28,424 bases of DNA from a virus (taxonomy: Duplodnaviria > Caudoviricetes): IMG/VR virus record IMGVR_UViG_3300014656_000101, positions 1 through 28,424 of that record; one strand, written 5' to 3'. Numbering within the stretch: position 1 is the stretch's first letter; every line of letters starts with the position of its first letter. The notes under the pieces were generated by a model. The model was given only the letters and a program-made list of their open reading frames with translations. It did no database searches and was not told the DNA's origin. Of this stretch, positions 1 to 7,750 are shown one piece after another. The position numbers and the translations under genes are program-made.

Positions 1-1
1 G

Positions 2-406
2 TCTGAGAAGAACAAGGGGTGTGAGGGATTACATAGTGAGAAATATACGGCTGGCAATTATTCGCAAAGCCCAGTATGCAAAACTTGTGGTTTAACACTA
101 AATGGTACAAATGACCACTCCAAATGTTCAGGAGAAGTCTACTACAAGGATATGCCAAGTAAGCATACTCATAATAATCATCCAACTATAAAGCCCCTCA
201 AGCTCATGTCCTACCTGATAACTCTAGGCAGCCGTAAAGGTGATACTATCCTTGACCCTTACTGTGGCTCGGGAACAACTCTATTAGCAAGCTCCCTACT
301 CGACCGTCACTGTATTGGTATTGATAACCACGAGCCTTATTGTGAAATTGCATCCAGACGTTGTGCTGCCGATGCCGTAGCCCGTATCCGAAGAGGAGAG
401 TACTAA
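2..406 (+). CDS. DNA N6-adenine/N4-cytosine methyltransferase, C-terminal part (5' truncated)
   Basis: Frame is open from base 2 (SEKNKGCEG...) into HPTIKPLKLMSYL and the SAM-binding motif I DPYCGSGTT, followed by CIGID. Confidence 0.85.
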   Translation, partial: SEKNKGCEGLHSEKYTAGNYSQSPVCKTCGLTLNGTNDHSKCSGEVYYKDMPSKHTHNNHPTIKPLKLMSYLITLGSRKGDTILDPYCGSGTTLLASSLLDRHCIGIDNHEPYCEIASRRCAADAVARIRRGEY

Positions 407-440
407 ACCAGATGGAGAACCAGATGGAGAACCAGATGGA
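406..440 (+). repeat. 12-bp tandem repeat AACCAGATGGAG, about 3 copies
   Basis: Copies at 406-417, 418-429 and 430-440 (last is 11/12), running into the RBS GGAGGT at 445-450. Confidence 0.9.
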
Positions 441-455
441 AGATGGAGGTTAACA

Positions 456-1172
456 ATGACCAGTACTGGTAAAGATACACAGACGACCGTCCAGGGGGAT
501 TCCCCGGAAGGTATTCCAGCAATAAACTTGTCCCCAGCAGCAATGGTAGACAACATAGCCGACTGGCCGTTCAATCGGGTAGTAGATATGCTCAAGCGCA
601 AAGAGAAGGAGGCTGGCAGCAACTACAGACCTGGTGAGAGCCACTTCTCCTATCGATATGGAATAAAGGGACTGGTTCCCACCATTGATGAGTTAGCAGC
701 AAGATATGGCGCTTCTCGCGGTAGAGTGTTCCGGTGGCTCACGTATCATGGTATTGCCATCGCCCGTGAGGATGCCTTTATAGTTAAGCTCACTGGCATC
801 TATTCTCAGGTCAGGAGGTCTGCTTTGGGGGACCGTGGGACGGATGTGCTGGACATCCTCAACAGCCGATTGCCCTACTCCCCCCGCAATATGAGTGATA
901 CTACGGGATCCATACCCCTTTATGAGCCTTGGGTAAAATCAGATTTCCAGGAGAAGGCTATGGTATGCGGCGTCCACGATTATTCCATAGCTCAGCTGTT
1001 CATTCTGCGCTCTATCTTGACTGCTGACTTTTATGGTCTTGACAGCATATTCCGGGAGTTCGAATCTGAGTCGGAACGATGGGATAAATGGATGCAGGCC
1101 CGGCTGGGGTTCGTCAGCAGTTTGGTGGAGGGAGACCCATTCAAAAAACCAACTACACCCTGTCGAAAATAG
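456..1172 (+). CDS. Hypothetical protein, possibly a tandem ribbon-helix-helix DNA-binding protein
   Basis: 238-aa ORF with RBS GGAGGT; segments FSYRYG..IDELAARYGASRGRVFRWL and GSIPLY..KSDFQEKAMVCGV..SIAQLFI have a strand-helix-G-helix pattern; lies directly before the repeat array. Confidence 0.7.
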   Translation: MTSTGKDTQTTVQGDSPEGIPAINLSPAAMVDNIADWPFNRVVDMLKRKEKEAGSNYRPGESHFSYRYGIKGLVPTIDELAARYGASRGRVFRWLTYHGIAIAREDAFIVKLTGIYSQVRRSALGDRGTDVLDILNSRLPYSPRNMSDTTGSIPLYEPWVKSDFQEKAMVCGVHDYSIAQLFILRSILTADFYGLDSIFREFESESERWDKWMQARLGFVSSLVEGDPFKKPTTPCRK

Positions 1173-1446
1173 GTCAACTACACTATGTCGTAGTTGGGTT
1201 GTTTCTGACATGCCGTAGTTGGGAGAACTCTACTACACTATGTCGTAGTTGAGTCATTTTTAACATAGCGTAGTTGTGTAGACTCTACTACACCGTGTCG
1301 TAGTTGGTCTAACTACACCATGTCGTAGTTGACCTAACTACACCCTACTGTAGTTGAACTGTTTTTAACATAGCGTAGTTAGAGGCATTTTTTTCGGGTA
1401 TTCGAGGCTAAAGTGACAAAATTCACGCCTATACGTGGTGTAGTTG
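1150..1446. repeat. Phased palindromic repeat array (candidate replication origin or centromere)
   Basis: 22-bp units YWACTAC-N8-GTAGTTG at 1175, 1230, 1285, 1310 and 1335, plus half-sites; GTAGTT(G/A) ends at 1196, 1221, 1251, 1276, 1306, 1331, 1356 and 1381. Confidence 0.85.
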
Positions 1447-1597
1447 AGCAATTTTTGAGGCTAAATTGACTGCTGGTCAAGGTCGATTACCCCCTACGCG
1501 CGCGTACGTTACTACGCGTTGAGAGAATGGAGGGGAGGGGTGGGGTGGTAATGCAGTTTTTCGCAGAAATCTTAGTAAAATGCCAAAAAGTTGGTAG

Positions 1598-3214
1598 ATG
1601 ACGAAAAAGGGCAGGGAGGAGAAAATACTAAAAATGCCACTACCGTCACCATCCACATTGTTGGGAATACCTAATTATAATTCGTGGTATGCTGGCCAAG
1701 AAAATGCTTTTTGTAAGATAATGGACTGGTATCACAGCCCGGATCGTTTCTTGGGAATGGCGGCCCCGACGGGTAGTGGTAAAAGCGTATTGGCACTATT
1801 AGCGGCCAGAATGTCGGGTGCTAGAACCGTTATTCTCACTGCTACCAAAGGACTACAAAACCAGTATGCCAAGGACGCAACTTTACTCGGTGGTGCTAAC
1901 GTCGTCGGGCAGAACAATTTTCCCTGTACCCTAGTCCGTGGTCTCCAAGCCGACGAGGGACCCTGCCACGAGGGTATTCCCTGTCCTCTTAAACAGTCGG
2001 GTGGTTGCCCTTATCACCAGCAGCTCCAGAAAGCGTTATCTAGCGGTATCATAATTACCAACTATGCCTACTATCTTGCCCAGACCAACTTCTCTTCGGG
2101 TCTTGGGGACATAGGGCTACTGATATTAGACGAAAGCCATCAAGCATTCTCCGCTATGGAAAGTTATCTCACTATATTCCTGTCCCGACTTGACGTCGAA
2201 CCGATGGGGATAATCTTCCCCGGTGCTGTAGACCAGTGGGCTGTATGGCAGTCGTGGGCTGGGTATTCCCTGCCTGTAGCCAGCGATTTTGTGTCCAGTA
2301 TCGAGTCTGAAATGAAAGCTCTCCGTTCATTGGGACAGCAGGTGCCAGGCGCTATGTCCCGTTCGTACCGTTCTGCCAAGTCCGTCGTTGCCCGCCTTGA
2401 GAGATTATCCGATGTGGGTGAGGACTGGGTGATACAGCAAACCCGTCACGGCTTCAGATTCACTCCCAAGTGGATAGCAGAGTACTCTACATCTCTGTTC
2501 CAGTCCGTCTCCAAGGTGATGCTGATGTCGGCAATCCTATCTCCTAAAACAGCTGACTCGCTTGGCGTTCCTATTGCTCCCGACCGTAGATGGATTGAGG
2601 TCGGATCATACTTCCCATCCCAGAATACCCCTGTATGGCATATCCCTACTGCCCGTATCAGTTATCGCACCGACGATTATGGTTCCACGATATGGGCAGC
2701 CCGCATCGACCAGATAATATCCCGGCGACTGGATAGGAAAGGGATAATATTCACTGTGAGCTATGACCGCGCTAGACTGCTGATGAGCCGTTCCCGGTAT
2801 TCTGGTATCATGGTTACTCACTCTACTGGAGATGTCATTTACATGGTCAACAAGTTTAAGAGTATGAAGCCTCCGGCGGTATTGGTAAGCCCGACTGTTA
2901 CAACCGGGTGGGACTTTCCGGGAAACGGCAGTCCACAGTATATTATTATGGGTAAGATCCCGTATCCTGATACTAAAGAGCCGGTGATGGTGGCACGGAG
3001 AGGGGACGACAAGGACTGGACTAGTTTTCTGGCTATGGAGACTGCTGTCCAAGAGTCAGGAAGGTGTACTCGTGGGTCTGAAGATAAAACGGAGGTGCTG
3101 ATATGCGACGATTCTTGGCGATGGTTCTGGCCTCAGTATAAGCATTTTGCCCCCCAGTGGTTTAGGGATAGGGTAAGGGGTAGTCTATCGTCTGTGCCAG
3201 ACCCGTTGGTTTAG
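1598..3214 (+). CDS. DinG/Rad3/XPD-like SF2 helicase with Fe-S cysteines (start may be ATG 1634)
   Basis: Walker A APTGSGKS, DESH box, four Cys (FPC..GPC..PC..GCPY), MSA motif III, KIPYPD, QESGRCTR motif VI. Confidence 0.9.
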   Translation: MTKKGREEKILKMPLPSPSTLLGIPNYNSWYAGQENAFCKIMDWYHSPDRFLGMAAPTGSGKSVLALLAARMSGARTVILTATKGLQNQYAKDATLLGGANVVGQNNFPCTLVRGLQADEGPCHEGIPCPLKQSGGCPYHQQLQKALSSGIIITNYAYYLAQTNFSSGLGDIGLLILDESHQAFSAMESYLTIFLSRLDVEPMGIIFPGAVDQWAVWQSWAGYSLPVASDFVSSIESEMKALRSLGQQVPGAMSRSYRSAKSVVARLERLSDVGEDWVIQQTRHGFRFTPKWIAEYSTSLFQSVSKVMLMSAILSPKTADSLGVPIAPDRRWIEVGSYFPSQNTPVWHIPTARISYRTDDYGSTIWAARIDQIISRRLDRKGIIFTVSYDRARLLMSRSRYSGIMVTHSTGDVIYMVNKFKSMKPPAVLVSPTVTTGWDFPGNGSPQYIIMGKIPYPDTKEPVMVARRGDDKDWTSFLAMETAVQESGRCTRGSEDKTEVLICDDSWRWFWPQYKHFAPQWFRDRVRGSLSSVPDPLV

Positions 3215-3229
3215 AAAGGAAGTAGTTTT

Positions 3230-3787
3230 ATGGGAAATGGAATAGATGTCAGAGTAGTATGTAAATATCTCGACTTCAGGGGCAAACACAAGGAACTAGA
3301 GAGACAGGCTGTCAAGTTGCGTAAGCATTTGGCTGATATGGAAAGGGAGTTGGAGAGGGTGATATCAGGTGAGTCTGAAGCCTTGTCTCTTATCGACCCC
3401 GACTGCCTTATTACAGCGAAGTCAGTAAAGACCATCAACCAGTTGCTGTTGTCGGTTCGGGGATTGTGTCAACAGGACGGTGTAGTGATGCCTATGTCTT
3501 ATATGGGTCTGGTATTAAAGGGTGGTAAGTTGCGAGTTAATGCTGTGTTTGCCAAGCCTTTATTTGTTGGCTGGGAGACTAAGATACCGTACTACAGCTA
3601 CCAGTCTTGTTCTTTGTCCATAGAGACACCCGAACCACCGAGCGAGAACCATATCCCCCGCTATCAGGTAGTGGTTGACCAAGAGGTGAATGTGTCTTGC
3701 TGGGAGCAGAGGGACGGTGAGGTTAGGTTGTGGGGCGTAGGAGGGATGATGCTGAAGTTAGTATTGGAGGGAGATAATACCCAGTGA
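3230..3787 (+). CDS. Hypothetical protein with N-terminal coiled coil
   Basis: 185-aa ORF, AAGGA RBS, stop overlaps the next start (GTGA). Confidence 0.7.
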   Translation: MGNGIDVRVVCKYLDFRGKHKELERQAVKLRKHLADMERELERVISGESEALSLIDPDCLITAKSVKTINQLLLSVRGLCQQDGVVMPMSYMGLVLKGGKLRVNAVFAKPLFVGWETKIPYYSYQSCSLSIETPEPPSENHIPRYQVVVDQEVNVSCWEQRDGEVRLWGVGGMMLKLVLEGDNTQ

Positions 3788-5829
3788 CAGCGACTTTTAT
3801 TACTGGTCATGTTATTGAGAAACTCAGGGAGTTGCCTGCTGACTCTGTGCATATGGCGGTGACAAGCCCACCATACTATGGTTTGCGAAAATATTCTGGG
3901 GAGCAGGAAGTAGTGTGGGGTGGTGACTTGGAGTGTGAGCATGAGTGGGTTACACATTACCAGTCGCCGAAGGGAGGGCGCAACCTCCCAAACAATATGC
4001 CAAACACTGGTGGTGACCGAACGCAGCAACTGGTAGACAGTCCCCGTTTTGGAGTTTTGAGTAATTACTGTTCTCTCTGTGGAGCATGGAAGGGAGATTA
4101 TGGTGCCGAACCCAGCCCGGAGGTCTATGTTTCTCATTCCGTAGAGATACTCCGAGAAGTGCGCCGGGTTCTGCGCCCGGATGGAGTTGTTTTCTGGAAT
4201 ATCAAGGACTCATATGCTTCTGGTAAAGGAACCTGCTTCAATCCTGGAGGGGGGAACAATAGCCTCGAGGGACATGCTCGCCTGAAAGAACAAGGTGTTT
4301 ATCCACTGGATAGAGGCAACAAGTCCGTACTCGAGGAGCAGGGACTGAAGCCCAAAGACCTCTGCCTCATCCCCCAACGACTTGCTATAGCACTATGTGA
4401 TGACGGCTGGTGGGTGAGGTCTATCGTCTTGTGGAATAAACGGAATCCGATGCCATCCAGTATAAAAGGCTGGAGGTGGGAGAGGCACATGGTTCCCCAG
4501 TGCCCTAACTGTGAATCCTACTCGTCCTTCAAGGGTCGAGTATGTAAGGTGTGTGGCTGGACGAAGCCGAGCAACAGGGGGGAGACCAAGGCATGGAGAG
4601 CGGAGACTGGGCAACAGGAGCGTAGTGATGACGGCGGGTTCAAGTCCGATTCTTTTATGGTTGAGTGTCCTGGTTGTCCCAAATGTTCTCCCAATGATGG
4701 CTACGTCCTTCGCAAGGGCTCGTGGCGTCCTACTGAGTCCCATGAATATATATTGATGCTGGCAAAGTCTGCCAACTATTTTGGGGATGGGGAAGCGGTG
4801 AAGGAGCCTCATACAACGAAGAATTTGGAGTATGAGATGGCAAAGTCGTCTAAGGGGGGGCACAAGAAGAAGATGACCTGTAAGCCGAATGTGGACAAGT
4901 ACTTAGAAGACACACACAGCTACAGTCCTGGTGGTCGTAATCTCCGTTCCGTCTGGGACGACGACGACCCCTTCATGTTCTGGCAGTTCCTCAACAAGCA
5001 TCTTCCCGAAGACCAACTCGATGAACTGGTAGCACAGTACCAGGAATATGCCAGTCAACTCAAAGACGTTTGGACGTTCAGCACGGAACCTTACAAGGGG
5101 GGACATTACGCAGCATTTCCTCCCCGCTTGGCAGAAATCTGCATCAAATCTGGTACTTCCGAAAAAGGGGTATGCTCGAAATGTGGTTCTCCGTGGGTGC
5201 GAGTGCTGAAGAAGGGTTTTACTGCTCACGATGGAGATACGGCGACCGATTATGCTCAGGGGACGAACGCTAATCGTCTGGCACCACTTAGACAGGCTGC
5301 TAGACAGAGGGGTGGCGAATATGGCAGTACTGCTTCTCCCTATGCTACCAAGTATGTGGACGATGCCCTTGGCCCGACCCCGCAAGGTTGTCAGAGGAAC
5401 AAAACCATCGAGGAGGAGCGAGTGCAGAGCCGTAGAGACGCTGTGCTATTGTTTCCTGGGGACGAGAGGGCACAGCAGGATTGCATGAACAGTGTCCATG
5501 ATCACGGCGGATTGACGGCAAGCAGAACCATCGGGTGGAAGCCATCCTGCGTCTGCCTCGATACCGACATTCCAGTTCCTTCAACTGTCCTTGACCTATT
5601 CTCCGGTGTTGGCACTACTGCTATGGTCTGCGAGCGCTTGGGACACTGCAACTCCATCAACATCGACATCTCAGCCGACTACCACGACTTGGCGCGGGAG
5701 CGCCTTGCTAAGGACGAATCCAGACGCATTGAGCAGTTTATCAAGAAAGCCAAACAGACTGCTCGTGCCAATGCCAATACCAACTCCCGTGCTGATGACG
5801 GTAAAGGAGGTGTGCCAATGAAGAAGTAG
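3784..5829 (+). CDS. Beta-class N4-cytosine/N6-adenine DNA methyltransferase with large Cys-rich insertions
   Basis: N-terminal VTSPPYY catalytic motif, RVLRPDG, KPKDL, HEY, HYAAFP, C-terminal DLFSGVGTT. Confidence 0.9.
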   Translation: MTATFITGHVIEKLRELPADSVHMAVTSPPYYGLRKYSGEQEVVWGGDLECEHEWVTHYQSPKGGRNLPNNMPNTGGDRTQQLVDSPRFGVLSNYCSLCGAWKGDYGAEPSPEVYVSHSVEILREVRRVLRPDGVVFWNIKDSYASGKGTCFNPGGGNNSLEGHARLKEQGVYPLDRGNKSVLEEQGLKPKDLCLIPQRLAIALCDDGWWVRSIVLWNKRNPMPSSIKGWRWERHMVPQCPNCESYSSFKGRVCKVCGWTKPSNRGETKAWRAETGQQERSDDGGFKSDSFMVECPGCPKCSPNDGYVLRKGSWRPTESHEYILMLAKSANYFGDGEAVKEPHTTKNLEYEMAKSSKGGHKKKMTCKPNVDKYLEDTHSYSPGGRNLRSVWDDDDPFMFWQFLNKHLPEDQLDELVAQYQEYASQLKDVWTFSTEPYKGGHYAAFPPRLAEICIKSGTSEKGVCSKCGSPWVRVLKKGFTAHDGDTATDYAQGTNANRLAPLRQAARQRGGEYGSTASPYATKYVDDALGPTPQGCQRNKTIEEERVQSRRDAVLLFPGDERAQQDCMNSVHDHGGLTASRTIGWKPSCVCLDTDIPVPSTVLDLFSGVGTTAMVCERLGHCNSINIDISADYHDLARERLAKDESRRIEQFIKKAKQTARANANTNSRADDGKGGVPMKK

Positions 5830-5857
5830 TAATACAGATATAAAACGAATATACCCC

Positions 5858-5887
5858 TTGACAAATAGACAAACATTATGGTATTAT
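5858..5887 (+). promoter_or_regulatory. Sigma70-type promoter
   Basis: TTGACA 5858-5863, 18-nt spacer, TATTAT 5882-5887 preceded by TG. Confidence 0.7.
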
Positions 5888-5976
5888 TATCTTATACCTG
5901 TCCAGTAAGGGAAGTCCCCTAATCCGGGGGCTAAATATAACCCTTGGACAATCCAAGAAGGAGGAAAAAAGGAAAG

Positions 5977-6756
5977 ATGGGAGAATCAATATCACTTAGA
6001 CCAAGCGAGATGGTCGAAGGCGGTGCAGTACCCGTTGACCAGAATCTTACCATCAAGGAAGCCAGATTTTGCTTGTATGACTACAATGGCAAAGCTCCTA
6101 TGACCACTGCTGGGCGTTTGAATCTGGTCAATGACGAGGGCGTGGAGTACACACAGTATTACTCCGTAGGCGACCCGGAGCGGTTTAAGCCGTCCGACGA
6201 TGGCAAGAGGCTCGTTGCTGTAGGGGCAGCGCAGGCGGTAAGCAAGTCCAGCAACTTCTTCATTCTGGCGAACGAGGCGGTTAATGCCGGATTCCCGGAA
6301 AACAAGATCGGTGACGACATTACCGCGTTTGAGGGTCTCTATGCTTTCTGGATAGGCCTGCCCGAACCGAAGAGGTCAGGGCTGGTGAAAGCACCGGTGG
6401 TTGAAGGGCAGACCGTCCGTGAGAAGGTAGTGCTTGTGCCAAGCAAGATTCACAAACTGCCGTGGGAGAAGAAGGCGGCTGGGGCTAAAGCCACTGCCGG
6501 GAAGCCCCCAGTCGGGATGAAGGAAGAGGAAGAACCCGGAGATGTCACTGCTGACGCAGTGGAGTTCATCGGGAAGGTGGTTGCTGATGGTGGTGGTTCG
6601 GCTACTCGCCAAGAAGTGGCCGTCCGAGCATTCAAGGACTTAGCCAATGACCCGAACCGGGATGCTATCGCTGCTGCCATCTATGCCCCGATCACCCAAG
6701 CGGCTCTCATTGCTGATGGGTTCAAGGTGGAAGGTGAGACTATCAGTAAGCAATAG
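5977..6756 (+). CDS. Hypothetical protein, possibly ssDNA-binding or recombination protein
   Basis: ATG 5977 after GGAGG/AAGGA; beta-rich N-domain, K/A/E-rich linker, helical C-domain; function inferred from position only. Confidence 0.7.
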   Translation: MGESISLRPSEMVEGGAVPVDQNLTIKEARFCLYDYNGKAPMTTAGRLNLVNDEGVEYTQYYSVGDPERFKPSDDGKRLVAVGAAQAVSKSSNFFILANEAVNAGFPENKIGDDITAFEGLYAFWIGLPEPKRSGLVKAPVVEGQTVREKVVLVPSKIHKLPWEKKAAGAKATAGKPPVGMKEEEEPGDVTADAVEFIGKVVADGGGSATRQEVAVRAFKDLANDPNRDAIAAAIYAPITQAALIADGFKVEGETISKQ

Positions 6757-6857
6757 CTTGGTCACCAAGAGCACTCCCTGCTGAGATGTGCTCGCTCCGG
6801 TGCCGGGCGGGGGAGCAGGCGGAACCGGGGCACAATTTTACAACTGAATAGCGTTGA

Positions 6858-7127
6858 GGTGCTGGGTGTCGGAATAAGACGATAAGCGTGAGTACCCGAA
6901 TCTTTGCCCCGCTACCGTCAGGTAGTCTAGTCGAGAGTGCCTATACTTTGAAGGTATGGGATGGTAAAGACCCCTGCTCATATCCATTCTTGGAGCCTGG
7001 AGGGGTTGTGACTTTAAGGGGAGCTTCCCAAGCTAGTAAAAGAGCGGTCTGGGCTTGGGATTAGACCAGAATGAAGCCATCAAAGGGTACAGTGCAGGGA
7101 TGAAAGAGCCTTGTCCCAGTACCACCA
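6858..7127 (+). ncRNA. tRNA-like RNA (class II/Leu-like ends) with ~200-nt structured insert
   Basis: 9-bp terminal stem GGTGCTGGG/CCCAGTACC plus ACCA 3' end; D-arm-like GTCGGAATAAGAC; T-arm-like GCAGGG-ATGAAAGAG-CCTTGT; GTACCC/GGGTAC closes the insert. Confidence 0.65.
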
Positions 7128-7399
7128 TATCTGTCCGTAGTCCGCTGTCCTAGGAGGGTTGAGTCCTCGTAGGCTATTCACTGCAATGGAGGTTGTACTG
7201 GAAGCTAGAGAGAGTGTGCGAGAATATCTTTACTACTTGTGTTCTGTGTATCCTCCAGTACGTAGACGAAAACACAAGAGAGTCAAGGTCTATCAGCTTC
7301 CCTTGTGGAGGTCAAAAATATACTCCAAGCTGGACTGTAAAGGGTAAATAAGGGTGCCGTAAATAATCGGCATGAAGGGACGGATGCTATGGACAGATA
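7128..7399 (+). ncRNA. Unknown ~270-nt structured RNA
   Basis: 13-bp closing stem 7128-7140/7387-7399, several internal hairpins, 8-bp loop-loop complementarity 7236-7243/7271-7278. Confidence 0.55.
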
Positions 7400-7400
7400 A

Positions 7401-7502
7401 AGCCGAAACCGGGAGATAGGTGGACAACGACGGTCTATCCAGCAATGGGATAAGACGTGAGCCACAATGCTCCCGGTCTACCGAGAAGGTACTGATGAGG
7501 CT
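7401..7502 (+). ncRNA. Type II hammerhead ribozyme; predicted cleavage after C7478
   Basis: AGCC-GAA-ACCGGGAG...CTCCCGGT-C-TACC-GAGAA-GGTA-CTGATGA-GGCT: complete core, GUC triplet, stems I, II and III all pair. Confidence 0.9.
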
Positions 7503-7533
7503 GTCTGTTATCCTATAGCAGAAGGAGAACCAC

Positions 7534-7740
7534 ATGGATAGTGTAGGTCAGTTAGTGGGGAAGAGTAAGACGAAAGTGGTTGTTATGTATGTCGAAGCCC
7601 CAGGAGGCAGAATACATATCTACGGGTATCGACACCCCGCACCTAGTGTATATGGTCGTTACTCAGTGGATATAGATACAGAGACACAGTGTGAAGCCGT
7701 CAGAGCGTTCATGGAGGAACATAGTAGAGTAAACTGTTAG
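7534..7740 (+). CDS. Hypothetical protein
   Basis: 68-aa ORF with AAGGAG RBS. Confidence 0.7.
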   Translation: MDSVGQLVGKSKTKVVVMYVEAPGGRIHIYGYRHPAPSVYGRYSVDIDTETQCEAVRAFMEEHSRVNC

Positions 7741-7750
7741 GAGGGGTAGA

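Noticed and set aside
1150-1446. CRISPR array
   Set aside because: Period is only 25-30 bp with 3-8 bp between units, so there are no spacer-sized unique sequences, and no cas operon is present
1529-1548. G-quadruplex GGAGGGGAGGGGTGGGGTGG upstream of the helicase
   Set aside because: Only three G4 runs plus GG flanks; a single instance with no supporting evidence
3784-5829. Inteins in the methyltransferase (or in PolA)
   Set aside because: Insertions lack C/S...HN-C/S/T splice junctions and LAGLIDADG motifs
6858-7127. tmRNA, or a canonical tRNA with a group I intron
   Set aside because: No G3-U70 pair, no tag ORF ending in ALAA-like residues, no TTCRA T-loop, no recognisable group I P/Q/R/S elements and no reconstructable anticodon arm
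7128-7180. HDV-like (theta) ribozyme after the CCA end
   Set aside because: TCCTCGT resembles L3, but the flanks do not form P3, and P1/P2 could not be built
7159-7347. 62-aa ORF inside the RNA cassette
   Set aside because: TTG start with SD too close, no protein motif, and the region is better explained by dense base pairing; not fully excluded
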